From Octopus vulgaris (taxonomy: Eukaryota), in the NCBI GenBank assembly GCA_951406725.2, contig OX597814.1, positions 183,086,001-183,150,000 of the forward strand: DNA of 64,000 nucleotides, written 5' to 3'. The notes under the pieces were generated by a model. The model saw only the letters and a program-made list of their open reading frames with translations, made no database searches and was not told the origin of the DNA. Both the position numbers and the translations under genes were made by a program. Positions 1 to 13,585 of the stretch are shown here, piece by piece (within the stretch, counting starts at the first letter, position 1; every line of letters starts with the position of its first letter).

Positions 1-39
1 TGCTACTTCTGCAGATCATACAGATGATCTCTTGACAGC

Positions 40-395
40 TCAAAGACGATGATGTTGTTGATGATAATGCCGAATATGATTATGGCAATAATGGTGATAA
101 CGATAATAATAATATCACGGCTGTTGCTACAGCTAATGGCGATGATAACGTTGATGATGACGTTGATGGTGACGTTGATGGTGACGTTAATGGCGATGAT
201 GAAGATGACAATGATGATAATGATGACGGCGAAGACGATGATGAAGATGATGATGATGAAGATGATGATACTTTTGCTGCTGACAATGATGCTGCTGCTG
301 CTGCTGATGTTGATGATAAGGTCAACAACGAGGGCGTTGACGAATATGACATTGATGAAGAGACGTTGGCAATGATGATGATGACGACGACGACC

Positions 396-426
<31 letters not shown>

Positions 427-460
427 CGATGTCGACCACAGCAATGATGACGATGATGAT
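40..460. repeat. Degenerate (GAT/GAC)n trinucleotide low-complexity tract
   Basis: Runs of gatgat/gacgac; the ORFs here are poly-M/I/S artefacts. Confidence 0.9.
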
Positions 461-741
461 AATTCAGCTTGTACATTTCAGAAATGGGTTTTTTTTTTGT
501 TTTTTTTTTTCCAAAAAAATATCTCACATCATCTTGCAAGATTGGTGCAGAAGAAATGAGAATGTATTAAATTATACATGATTGAGTTGGCTCTCAGTCT
601 GGCAGGAACCAAAACAGGGAACTAATCTGATTATCAATCCACAGCATTCCCCCCCCCCCCCAGCAATGCTGCATACATCCAAACAGCCACACACTCACAT
701 GATCATATACAAACGTACAAGAACATATGTACTAAGATATA

Positions 742-809
<68 letters not shown>

Positions 810-816
810 CACATAC

Positions 817-875
<59 letters not shown>

Positions 876-903
876 AGAACATATGTACTAAGATATAAAC
901 ATA

Positions 904-951
<48 letters not shown>

Positions 952-1063
952 CGCACACAGAGACTCAGTAAGACATAAACATGTAAACAGTCACACAGTA
1001 GTACACATGCGTATAAGCTCTTTCCTTTCCTCTTTCTCTCACTCCTTTCCTCTCACTCTCTTT

Positions 1064-1461
1064 TACTCTTTACTCTTTTACTTGTTTCAGTCATCTGACT
1101 GCGGCCATGCTGGAACACCGCCTTTAATCGAGCAACTCGACCTCGGGACTTATTCTTTTGTAAGCCCAGTACTGATTCTATCGGTCTCTTTTGCCGAACC
1201 GCTAAGTAACGGGGATATAAACACAACACTATCGGTTGTCAAGCAATGCTAGGGGGACAAACACAGACACACAAACACACACACGCATATATACATATAT
1301 ATACATATATACGACGGGCTTCTTTCAGTTTCCGTCTACCAAATCCACTCACAAGACTTTGATCGGCCCGAGGCTATAGTAGAAGACACTTGCCCAAGGT
1401 GCCACGCAGTGGGACTGAACTCGGAACCATGTGGTTGGTAAACAAGCTACTTACCACACAG
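1064..1461 (-). mobile_element. tRNA-derived CORE-like SINE, family A
   Basis: Minus strand has a tRNA-like head (ctgtgtggtaag...gagttcagtccc), CORE-like ccttgggcaagtgtctt, an internal (TG/TA)n tract and a tail ending catggccgcagtcagatgactgaaac plus short aagagta-type repeats; at least 7 copies in the window. Confidence 0.85.
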
Positions 1462-1479
1462 TACATGCATTACATACAT

Positions 1480-1547
<68 letters not shown>

Positions 1548-1570
1548 TAGATACAGCAAGTATGATATAA

Positions 1571-1822
1571 TGGTTTCAAATTTTTCCACAAGGTCAGCCA
1601 CTTTTTTTTGGGTAGGATTAGTCAATTACATCGACACCAGTGTTCAAATGGTGCTTATTTTTTTCGACCCCGAAAGGATGAAAGGTAAGGTCGTCCTCGG
1701 TGGAATTTGAACTCAGAAAGTAGTGACAGGCGAAATACCTATTTCTTTACTACCCACAAGGGGCTACACGCAGAGGGGACAAACAAGGACAGACAAACGG
1801 ATTACGTCGATTACATCGACCC
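1571..1822 (-). mobile_element. Composite of two family-B SINE pieces
   Basis: An old copy (…gaatttgaactcagaaag…cgaaatacc) is joined at 1739 to the tail of a younger copy (tatttctttactacccacaagggg…). Confidence 0.75.
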
Positions 1823-2169
1823 CATTGCATTTATGTTTACGTGTAAGGTTTCTTTAATCATTTTATGAAACAATGTTTTGTTAGCTTATGTTCTAAACAC
1901 CAGCTTAATAATTATTTCTAACATGGGTACAAAGCCAGAAACTTTGGGGGAATGGTTAGACAAAATAATCGACTGTCAATATTTGACTGACGCTTTACTT
2001 GACCAAACCCAGAAGAATGAAAGACAAAGTTGACAACAGAGAAATTTGAACTCATTACGTTAAGATTCGCAGAAATTAACACAAAAGCTTTTTGCCCGAT
2101 ACTCTAACGATTTTACTAGTCCATGAAAGTAGCTTCTTTACTATACGTATCCATTCAAATTATTAATTA

Positions 2170-2553
2170 CTAGCAGTATCGCCCGGCGTTGCTCGGGTTT
2201 GTAAGGGAAATAACTATAAAGCATTTTTAGAGAGTTATAGCCAAAAAATAGCAAAAAAAGGAAAAAAATGATGGTAAATTTTTTTTTGAGATCTAAAAAA
2301 GGTGGAGTTGCGTCCCCTAGACAGTTTGTGGTTCGTGTTTCTGATTCTCGACCCCATGTCGAATTTATCGATTTTTTTCAGAACTGGGGGAACTTTTCAA
2401 AATTTTCGCTGCGTTAGTTTTGAATTATGACACTGGGCTATGTGTGTGTCAAGTTTCATCAGAATCGGTTGAAAGCCGTGGTCAGGGTGAGGGTACAAGC
2501 AAACAGACACACAGAAACACGCACAGACAAACTGCCGTTTATATATAGAGAGA
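2170..2553 (-). mobile_element. Non-autonomous Helitron
   Basis: Minus strand begins TC and ends with hairpin cccgagcaacgccggg followed by CTAG; inserted between A and T; no TSD. Confidence 0.8.
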
Positions 2554-2724
2554 TTTTGAAAAGTAACTGAAATTCATGCACAGTAAATTTATATGTATAG
2601 AAATATTATTACACATATATATTAAAGATGAGCAGTGATATATGGCAGAGTCGGTAAGCGACAGACGGATGCCATTAGTCACGTCCCGAGGTCAAACGTA
2701 ATTAAAGGAACCTGTCTATTTGAT

Positions 2725-3175
2725 AACTTAGTTTGAACTCAGAACAGAAAAAAAATGGCTGACTTATTTAGTTACGTACTGAGTTAAAATTATGCTTTTT
2801 GATTCTAAGTTCAGGAAAACAATACCAGTCGAATATTGGGTCGAGATAATCGATTATGCTTCCCACTCAGATTTGTGGTTCTTCTTCTTCTTCTTCTTCT
2901 TCTTCTTCTTCTTCTTCTTCTTCTTCTTCTTCTTCTTCTTCTTCTTCTTCTTCTTCTTCTTCTTCTTCTTCTTCTTCTTCTTCTTCTTTTCTTCTTCTTC
3001 TTCTTCTTCTTCTTCTTCTTCTTCTTCTTCTTCTTCTTCTTCTTCTTCTTCTTCTTCTTCTCATTATTATTATTATTATTACTATTGATAGAGTGGTATA
3101 GAGTAGAATAGGTAGAGTCTCTAAATTTTGGGTTCCGATCACATGAGGTCGACTTAGCCTTTTACGCTTCCACTG
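2725..3175 (+). repeat. Local duplication, copy 1 (copy 2 at 6202-6574), containing (TTC)n
   Basis: Near-identical flanks on both sides of the microsatellite in the two copies. Confidence 0.9.
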
Positions 3176-3416
3176 ACGGTGGAATATGCACCTGTCAAAT
3201 TCAGGAATCAATTTAATCAACCATGAGGTTTTTTTCCCTTTTAGAAAAAATTATTATTGACAGAAATGGTAGAACAACGCTTGCACCCATCCATACCTGT
3301 CGATTTTAATGTCTAAGAAAAAAAATATTGTGAGTATTCGTGAGTTTTATGTGTGCGGTTTGTTCGTCTGTTCGTGTGTATGTGTCTGTGCGGGTACACG
3401 CGTGCATGTGTGTGTA

Positions 3417-3464
<48 letters not shown>

Positions 3465-4099
3465 CGCACGCGCGTACCTGCGCGTGTGAATACGTAAATG
3501 TCGTATGGAAACAATCAATATATCAGAAAATCAACAAAGTATATAATTGTTTTGATGAAACCCAATTGCAGATCAGCGTTTTTGAGTAGGGGTGGTGAAC
3601 AGATTTGAGGTCGGGCTATGAAAATAACGTGGGGATATCTGGTCGGAAATAAGCAAAATAATGATTTCTTTATTGACCTCAAAGAGACATTGAGAACAAA
3701 AGATGGATGAAATACAAACCAACGGTGGAATTTACTTTCAGTAAAAACGGAGAAATAAACAATAATAAAAAAAAAAGAGCAATGATAAAGAAAATAACAA
3801 TAAAAGGGATATAAAATCACTAGAAAATAACAATTGGATCCCTATAGGTAAGCATAAATGTACTGTCAGAAGAACAGTTCTTGTTTCTTCTGAATTGAAT
3901 GTTAGTCACTTTAGTGAGGTGTGTAAAAGGCAATAAATTAATAGTGATTGAGGGTGGAGAAGAAAGGGATTTGTCATAATATCACGTGCTGTCAAGGAAA
4001 ATACATGACTTGGCACTTATTTAAAACTTTTGGTTGTCATGGTTTGGGTATTGATATAAGATGACAACAGAAGTAGAAGAAAAGGTGGGAAGAAGGTGA

Positions 4100-4455
4100 T
4101 ACGTACATATGTACGTACGTACGTGCATGCATGCATACATACGTACATACATACATACATGCATACATACGTACATATATACATACATACATACATACAT
4201 ACATACATACATACATGCATACATTCATTCATACATACATACATACATACATATATGCATACATACATACATACATACATACATACATACACACATGCAT
4301 GCATACATACATGCATACATACATGCATACATACATATACATACGTACATACATACACATATAAATATATATACATATATATCATATATTCATACATAAA
4401 AATATGTGTGTTTGTATGTGCGTGTCTATGCGTGTGAATGCATGCGCGTGTGTAT

Positions 4456-4534
<79 letters not shown>

Positions 4535-4560
4535 TATGTATATGCATACATGTATATGTG
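4100..4560. repeat. (CATA)n/(TA)n compound microsatellite
   Basis: Direct inspection. Confidence 0.95.
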
Positions 4561-4669
4561 CACACACATATAAAAATGTACGATAACATGCATAACGCGC
4601 ACGTATCCGCTGAACATTCTCACGCACTGGGATATAAATGTATATCGGTACAAAACCATTGGTACGTCT

Positions 4670-4701
<32 letters not shown>

Positions 4702-4864
4702 ACACACACAATAACATGCATAGATACCCGATCATATATACGTTTGAAAAACATAAAATGGAAAAAAAAAAAGGAGAACAGAAATGAAATTAAAAATAGT
4801 AGTAAAAAAAAGCGTAGCTATGCATTTTGAATAACACACATTCATAAAAACGGAGTGAAGAAAA

Positions 4865-6200
4865 AATGGGAAGTTTATTGAAACGCAAGGAATAAAATTT
4901 TCGAAGGTGAATAGGATGTGTTGTTCTTCATGTATCTTTGAATGCGATGCTTCGAGGAGAAGGAAAATACTGGGCGGACATAGAGGTTGTCAAAAGAGTG
5001 ATATGCTTAAATAGGCAGTTACGGGCTGGTTCAAGGAATAAGTCATTGAACGGTTTGTATGTGTTGCTGTCCAAAGTTTTGATAAACATGGAGCTGGGTG
5101 TTCTGGACACTGGGAATATGTGGTCAGTGGTTTTGTGGTGTTGCAGATATCGGGGTAAAAATAACACATGCAGGAAGCGAACTTGAGAGAACTAAATTGA
5201 ACGTGGATGAGCAAATGGAAAGGTTGCTGTCAATGATATCTATTTCTTTTTTCTTTATTACCCACAAGGGGTTAAACATAGAGGGGACAAACAAGGACAG
5301 ACAAACGGATTAAGTCGATTATATCGACCCCAGTGCGTAACTGGTACTTTATTTATCGACCCCGAAAGGATGAACGGCAAAGTCGACCTCGGCGGAATTT
5401 GAACTCAGAACGTAACGGCAGACGAAATACCTATTTCTTTACTACCCACAAGGGGCTAAACACAGAGGGGACAAACAAGGACAGACAAACGGATTAAGTC
5501 GTTTATATCGACCCCAGTGCGTAACTGGTACTTAATTTATCGACCTCGAAAGGATTAAAGGCAAAGTCGACCTCGGCGGAATTTGAACTACCTATTTCTT
5601 TACTGCCCACAAGGGGCTAAACACAGAGGGGACAAACAAGGACAGACAAACGGATTATGTCGATTACATCGACCCCAGTGCATAACTGGTACTTAATTTA
5701 TCGACCTCGAAAGGATGAAAGGCAAAGTCGACCTCAGCGGAATTTGAACTACCTATTTCTTTACTGCCCACAAGGGGGTTGAACACAGAGGGGACAAACA
5801 AGGACAGACAAACGGATTATGTCGATTACATCGACCCCAGTACGTAACTGGTACTTAATTTATCGACCCCGAAAGAATGAAAGGCAAAGTCGACCTCGGT
5901 GGAATTTGAACTCAGAACGTAGCGACAGACGAAATGCTGCTAAGCATTTCGCCCGGCGTGCTAACGTTTCTGCCAGCTCACCGCCTTGCAGTCAATGATA
6001 TCTTAAGAAGGAAAGATGTGGAGAGGAAAAGATCGGTCGGGCGGTTATGGAAGGGGTCAGAGAACAAAAACTAGAAGTTGCAGATGAATGTTTGCTTCGA
6101 TTGAAGAATGGCCTTGTTCGAGTGGAAATTGAGAGGGATTGGTATCTCCGGTGTAGTATCTGTAGGTGTGCATGCAGAAGTTAGAAGAACATTGATGTTT
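4865..6200 (-). pseudogene. Highly decayed Penelope-like element C-terminus, split by a SINE array
   Basis: Minus-strand remnants IPIPLNFHS…FLFSDP…DIIDSNL and HSFDNLYVRPV…IHEEQHILFTFENFIP resemble the PLE linker and GIY-YIG end; many frameshifts. Confidence 0.5.
5242..5985 (-). mobile_element. Family-B tRNA-derived SINE, four-unit tandem array with one head
   Basis: Four bodies and one head (ggcggtgagctggcagaaacgttag…gagttcaaattcc); TSD ttgc(t/a)gtcaatgatatct at 5224-5241 and 5986-6003. Confidence 0.9.
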
Positions 6201-6201
6201 G

Positions 6202-6348
6202 AACTTAGTTTGAACTCAGAACAGAAAAAAATGGCTGACTTATTTAGTTACGTACTGAGTTAAAATTATGCTTTTTCATTCTAAGTTCAGGAAAACAATA
6301 CCAGTCGAATATTGAGTCGAGATAATCGATTATGCTTCCCACTTAGAT

Positions 6349-6386
<38 letters not shown>

Positions 6387-6574
6387 CTTCTTCTTCTTCT
6401 TCTTCTTCTTCTTCTTCTTCTTCTTCTTCTTCTTCTTCTTCTTCTTCTTCTTCTTCTTCCTCCCATTATTATTATTATTACTATTGATAGAGTGGTATAG
6501 AGTAGAATAGGTAGAGTCTCTAAATTTTGGGTTCCGATCACATGAGGTCGACTTAGCCTTTTACGCTTCCACTG
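6202..6574 (+). repeat. Local duplication, copy 2, with (GTT)n(TTC)n
   Basis: Matches 2725-3175. Confidence 0.9.
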
Positions 6575-7140
6575 TTGCTCTTGATACTTGTGTCGAATTT
6601 TAGTTAAGTGTGAACTCTGTACTCTGTACATCGCAAGACTCAGCCCATCTGCACGAATTTTGCAGAGAAAGTGATGTACAGATCGGCAGTACTAGACTAC
6701 CGCTTCTGTGCGTCATATACGTCACTTAAGCAACAGAAAGGCATCTAATACACGGAAAGCTGCGGTTTGTAATTGCGTTTATCTATAAAAACGATTTGCA
6801 TCAAGTTTTGTCATTCAAATAATGTACTGTGTTGACATCACCGAGCTTTATATAGTCAAATAGAGACAAAAAAAATGACACAAACTTACAGTGAGATGTA
6901 TACAAATATACACAGATTCATAGATACATATATATATATAAAGAAGAGACAGAAGTACTGTTACACAGATATACATATACGTACACAAACACACACTCAC
7001 GCAAGCGTACATCATAAACAGACATACACAGAAACACACACGGCCCCCCTCCCTGCCACACAGACATGAACATAGAAAAAGTATCATATACAAACACAAA
7101 ACGCATTTACATATATTTCGTACTGACAGGAATATGTCTG

Positions 7141-7177
<37 letters not shown>

Positions 7178-7183
7178 GATGTA

Positions 7184-7214
<31 letters not shown>

Positions 7215-7226
7215 ATGCATGTATAT

Positions 7227-7266
<40 letters not shown>

Positions 7267-7859
7267 ATATATATATATATATGTATATGTCATATATATA
7301 TATATATGCTCGCATTTGTACTCACTATGTTATCAATCAAATGTATGCACGTATCCAAATATACATGCATTTTCTTTTTGTGCAATCATATGTCGAAATG
7401 AATATATGAATATTTATGTACGTACGTGCATGCCGTCACGCTGTCACACAACATACACATACATGTATACATATACACACATGCACATAGACTGTCTCTC
7501 TCTCTCTCACATACATACATGGCTATACGTATGTATTTTATATATGAACACCGAAATATACGAAGACACACACACACACACACACGCACGAACACAAACG
7601 CATACATGTTTGCGCATAAACATACTGATACGAAAAGCTCATCCACCCCAGCCATTTATTTTTCATGGGTAAGAGACTGACGTTCTTTAATATGCAATTT
7701 ATACGCACGCCAGACAATGAGGTAGGATATGATCTCATCAATGTTGAAATAAATGGTGCCAGGAGTTCTGGTCGAACGGCAAAGAATGCAAGAAATGTGG
7801 CCCGATCTATCATTATTAACTGAAAATAATAAATAAGTACATGCGCGCATGCATGTTGT

Positions 7860-7898
7860 TAGTATGTATGTATGTATGTATGTATGTATGTATGTATG

Positions 7899-7932
<34 letters not shown>

Positions 7933-8570
7933 TGTATGTATGTATGAATGTATGTGTGTTAGTATGTACGTACTTATGTATGTATGTATGTATGTATGTA
8001 TGTATGTATGTATGTATGCATGTATGTATGTGTGTATGTATGTATGTGTGCATGAATGTATGTATGTATGCATGTATGCATGAATGTATGCATGTATGCA
8101 TGAATGTATGTATGCATGTATGTATCTATGTATGTATGTGTACATGAATGTATGTATGTACGTATGCATGTATGTGTGCATGAATGTATGTATGCGTGTA
8201 TTTATATATGTGTGTGTATGTGTATATGTATGTATGTCTGTATGTATGTGTGTATGTATGCATATATGTATCTATGTATGTGTGTATGTATGTGTGTGCG
8301 TGTGTATGTATGTGTATATGTATTTATGTATGTTTGTGTCTGCATGTATGTGTGTATGTATGTGTGCATGTATGTATAGATGTATACATACATACATGCA
8401 TATATATATATATATGTATATGTATATATACATATACATACATATATATTATATATATATATATACATATATATATATGTATATGCATATGTATATATAT
8501 ATAGATAGATATATATATATTTATGTAGATAAATTTTTGTGTATATATAAGTACATATTTCTGTAAACAT

Positions 8571-8642
<72 letters not shown>
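7860..8642. repeat. (TATG)n/(TA)n/(TG)n compound microsatellite
   Basis: Direct inspection. Confidence 0.95.
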
Positions 8643-8644
<2 letters not shown>

Positions 8645-8962
8645 CTGTTTGTGTTTTGCGTATATACGTAAGTATGAGTGCTTGCGTAATTATGACTGAT
8701 ATCTGAAATGATATTCTATGGAAAAGGTTAGATATATATTTTTCTTTCTTTCCGAAACAATCTATTCATTATTTTTATCCTTATCTTCTTACACACAAAC
8801 CTCCAACTTACTCTTTCTTACACATTCATTCGTGCCCTGGTGCACAGACTAAAACACTCTACAGACATATACACATATACACTCATAAACATACACATAT
8901 CTGCACGTGAGCATATGAATTTCTCACACATACAAACACACACAGAGATTGGTATACATATA

Positions 8963-9198
8963 TACTCTTTTACTCTTTTACTTGTTTCAGTCATTTGACT
9001 GCGTCCATGCTGGAGCACCGCCTTTAGTCGGAAAAATCGACCCCGGGACTTATTCTTTGTAAGCCCATTACTTATTCTATCGTTTCTTTTGCCGAAGCGC
9101 TAAGTTACGGGGGCGTAAACACACCAGCATCGGTTGTCAAGCGATGTTGGGGGGGACAAACACAGGCACAAAAACAGACACACACGCACATACATACA

Positions 9199-9230
<32 letters not shown>

Positions 9231-9396
9231 CATATATACGACGGGCTTCTTTCAGTTTCCGTCTACCAAATCCACTCACAAGGCTTTAGTCGGCCCGAGG
9301 CTATAGTAGAAGACACTTGCCCAAGGTGCCACGCAGTAGGACTGAACCCAGAGCCATGTGGTTGGTAAGCAAACTATCTACCACACAGCCACTCCT
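8963..9396 (-). mobile_element. SINE family A, full length
   Basis: Same structure as 1064-1461; head aggagtggctgtgtgg. Confidence 0.88.
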
Positions 9397-9418
9397 GTGT
9401 CTATATATGTTCATTATT

Positions 9419-9649
9419 GGCGGCGAGTTGGCAGAAACGTTAGCGCGCTGGGCGAAATGCTTAGCGGTATTTCGTCCGTCGTTACGTTCTGAGTTCAAAT
9501 TCCGCCGAGGTCGACTTTGCCTTTCATCCTTTCTGGGTCGATAAAGAAAGTACCAGTTTCGCACTGGGGTCGATGTAATCGACTTAATCCGTTTGTCTGT
9601 CCTTGTTTGTCCCCTCTATGTTTAGCCCCTTGTGGGCAGTAATGAAATG
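9419..9649 (+). mobile_element. SINE family B, full length
   Basis: A box ggcgagttggcagaaacgttag, B box gagttcaaattcc; TSD tatatatgttcattattg at 9402-9419 and 9650-9667. Confidence 0.9.
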
Positions 9650-10419
9650 TATATATGTTCATTATTGTTTAAGCAGAATGGAGAAACAGACCATGTAGAA
9701 TTCTTAATATATAAACATTGTAATAGTAACTATCAAAATAATAGCGAGGTTATTCTGATTAATCCACAGCATTGCTAGAACAGTCTCTCTTTCTATAAAT
9801 CTGCCAGCTATATACTCGCCCCATACAGGCTTCATTATCTCGCCAGTATTTTTCCCCAGTTATCACTTTTTCAGGTCTCATACTAAATATTTAATCCATT
9901 TCTTTCTTCTCAAGTGTTGCAATCACTTGAAATGATCAATCTGTCCGCGTGTTTTCCTGCAGGTAGTGATACGCACACATGTTCGAACTGAACAGCAGTT
10001 TTATTGATCTCACCAATCTTCGAGGGGCTTGTAAAGACGTAGCCGACCAAGAGCAGTTACTTAGCCACTCGATTTGCTAGAAGTAGTAGCAACCAAATCA
10101 AATGCAAGTCAAATCTTACCGTTTAGAAAAAGGAAGGAAACTTTTGATAACATAGTCTTTGACACTATGTGCGGGATAAAAAAAAGTGAGATTTCACGAC
10201 AGAAACGCTTTTGATCAAAAGTTTATTCGATTAGAGTTGATATGGGGCAAATTAATAGCAATAACAAGAAAAATACATTAGGAAACCATAGGTTTGAATG
10301 AATCTCTAAAACTTGACTCTAAAACCACATTAGATATCCATGTATATGTATACGTTGGTATATGTAAGTATTCGTATGTTATATATATATATATTTGTAT
10401 TTATGTACTATCTGTGTAT

Positions 10420-10477
10420 ATTCCACTGATGAGGCAAAGCATTTCTTATGCAGAGTCAGAAATCCGGGATCTGGAAT
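10420..10477 (+). ncRNA. Type I hammerhead ribozyme motif with canonical core
   Basis: attcca CTGATGA ggc…gtc a GAAA tccggga TC tggaat; 6-bp stem I; AUC cleavage triplet. Confidence 0.7.
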
Positions 10478-10695
10478 TATCCGGTAATTATTTGCTAGTT
10501 TATTTTGTCTTTTTGTTTTCTCTCCTGCTGCTGTATAAATATTTAATGTGGTTTTAGAGTCAAGTTTTGGTTGCTATTTCCAGCGTGGTGGTACCTCTTA
10601 GATACCCTAAATTAAAATTTTAATAATAATTATTACTCTTGAAGTTTTTTATTCCCATGCTGGCCACTTGATAAGATCGATATTTAAATAACAAT
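10420..10695 (+). mobile_element. HHR-bearing dispersed repeat (probable PLE pLTR fragment); inverted copy at 57550-57815
   Basis: Colinear similarity with the reverse complement of 57550-57815. Confidence 0.7.
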
Positions 10696-11492
10696 CTTAT
10701 CCTTATATATACTTAGCGACATATTTTTACCTCTAGAAGCAATTTCACTTAAGTTTAACGTGGAGAAAAAAATTCTCGTTTATGGTAATGTATAAATACA
10801 CGGTTATCAAGTTAGTGACATTCACTCTTAGACTCCTCAATGCATTTCTGAATAGTTATGCTTTTCTCAGTAGGAGACACAAAAATGAAGTAACTTTGAG
10901 CTGATCAGAATGCTTATAGCTTTATAACGAATCAGTCGATACTAGTGACTGCCGACCGCCTAGTCAGAACAAATACATTAGTAGTTGTGTAAAGCAATGA
11001 TAGGAAACAAACAAACTTTAAAGCACATTCAAATATGCTTGTGGCAGAGGGCGCCATTGAGCCGATAATAGTATAACTATAACCTAACCATAAACTGCAG
11101 TGAAATTGCCTTTAGAAGTGAAAATATGTCACAAAGAGTGTTTTTGTAAATATGAAATCTATTTGCATCAACTGAGGTGAGACCGATCTACAAGTGCAGT
11201 CATATATTTTATATTTGTAATAACTTAATAAATCACTATATCTATATGCTGGTAATAATAATAATAAGGTTAGTCAAATGAATAAAATTGAGAATACTTT
11301 CAAGCGGTAGCCGCAAATTTATGAAATGTAATAACGTAAACATTCCACTTTATTTTACTTGACATTATTTCATATTGTTTCATTTCAGTCCGTTTTCTTG
11401 AAAAATCTGAAACTTTCTGTACCAGTATATGAACAATTAAGGAGCAATTCCTTTATTTCTTCTGAATGTTATTATTATTATCTCTCTCCCTT

Positions 11493-11523
<31 letters not shown>

Positions 11524-11658
11524 TTCGCTCTCTCTTTCTCTCTCTCTCTCTCCCTCACTTTCTCAGTATATATGTTTGTGTGTGCTTATACTCATATATG
11601 CTTATTTATCAATATAAGTGTATACTTTCGTGTGAGTGTGTATATATATATATATGTG

Positions 11659-11706
<48 letters not shown>

Positions 11707-11792
11707 TACATACATACATGCTTATGCATAAATACATACATCTGCATACATGCATTCATACATACATATATGTATATGTATATATATATATG

Positions 11793-11829
<37 letters not shown>

Positions 11830-12090
11830 GCACACATATATGCCATGTATATTTGTATAACAGAACAAGACCGATCGATCGCAGAACACAGGAAGTCCGT
11901 TTTCTATCGGAAGATATTCTATGAGTAAATAAAGACATTAATATGCGATCGGGAGGGAGAGTGAGAGAGCGAGAGAGAGTGAGAGAGAGGGAGAGAGAAA
12001 GATATTGAGAGAGACGGGGATAGACACATAATAGTAGAGGGAGAGAGAGAGACAGAGTCAAAGAAAGAGAGGTAGTGTGGGAGTTAGAAA

Positions 12091-12146
<56 letters not shown>

Positions 12147-13333
12147 GCGAAAGAAAGAGAGGAAGTGTGGGAGTTGGAAAATGTGCGTGAGTGAAAGGAT
12201 GAGAGCATGAGGCAAAATGGGGAGTGATATTACCTTTGTAAATATGAATGCACATTATACCAATTGATATTTTTGAGGTTTCTCTTTTTAGTGACGTGGT
12301 TTCCGCTATCATTTTCCTTTAGTGCCAGCAAAGTTAGCGAAATACAGTTATTGTTCTCAGCATGAATGTAACTTTCAAATATTTATATAGGAAGCACAAG
12401 AAAGACTAATGGTGCTGAGTATTCTTTCAATATCTCGAAACTCATCATAAATATTTTGTGTATAAAAGAATTTGTTTAGTATAATAATTGTAGACATGCA
12501 ACGAAGTGTTGGATATTAAATCCATCAAAAACGCCTTTAATGTTACAATGGTAGTCAATGTTCTTGCATACGACACCAAAAGTAGATCAATGTATTCACT
12601 GCTCGGCGTTTAATTCAGTTGAAGTCGTCATTTTGTAGAATTGCAAATATATATTTTTTATACCGGTTGAACTCGAAGTAGAAAAACGCTATAAATAATA
12701 ACGTACAAATATTGGGTTAAAAACCTCTTTGGATAGTAAATGTCGAGGGTTGCCTGTGGGACTAGAATCCATATCTTCTGTAAACATGACAGGCGTTTTA
12801 TCATTGTAGCAAAGCAATTCTTCGAACTTTTTTTTATCCAGTTTAGAAACTTTATTCTTAAAAGCGAGAATTGTATGCTGTTGATGTCATAAGAATTTAG
12901 ACTCCCTGAAAGAACGTGAAATAATTAGTTTTTAATGGTTAAACTCGGAATAAAAAAGTTATAATTAATATCGTGTAAATATTGAGTTAAAAAGCCCTGA
13001 GTTCTTCCGTTTGTATGGTCTAATACAGCTAAGACAATGCTGGAGTATTGCTTTTAGAACAAGATTGCCAATTTTTTCTAACAAACTTGGTAAGTGTGGA
13101 TTTATTTGGTAAGGTTGATAAACCTTTCATGCAAGGTGGTAAATTTTGATAATTTATCTGTTGCAAGGTCAAGAAAAGATTCACCGATTTAATGTATGAA
13201 ATTTCTGAAAATGGCATTATGATAATTTTGAAGTTATAATAAGGGCGAATTTTGTTTTGCTCAAATGTTTTGAAAAATCATTTAAGTCTCATTGGACAGG
13301 CACTGGAAAATTTCACCCAATGATACTCTATTG

Positions 13334-13375
<42 letters not shown>

Positions 13376-13377
13376 AA

Positions 13378-13585
13378 CGAGAAGGTGCTGAAGAGTTCCT
13401 GGCTTTGGGTAAAAGAAAATACCGTTAATTATGATTTTATTCAACATATTCCCCTCTCATATTCTCACACTTACTGCAATGTTCATTCAGGTTTTCTAAG
13501 CCCTGTAAAAGAACAAGAAAAGTTGAACCTTCATCCAGGACTTTCGCAACACCCTTAAAGCCAAGAACTTTTCAGCATCCCGTCG
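13378..13585. mobile_element. Mariner-type MITE
   Basis: Imperfect ~28-bp TIRs cgagaaggtgctgaagagttcctggcttt / aaagccaagaacttttcagcatcccgtcg; TA on the right flank. Confidence 0.7.

Noticed and set aside
3-971. Long ORFs with poly-H/R/I/M or YIYI runs, and the many similar ORFs across the window
   Set aside because: Translations of microsatellites that lack stop codons; no domain content
5242-5985. CRISPR-like or tRNA-array appearance
   Set aside because: Units are ~160-190 bp SINE bodies without unique spacers; no cas genes; eukaryotic context
9419-9510. tRNA gene
   Set aside because: A/B boxes continue into a SINE body flanked by TSDs; no convincing cloverleaf
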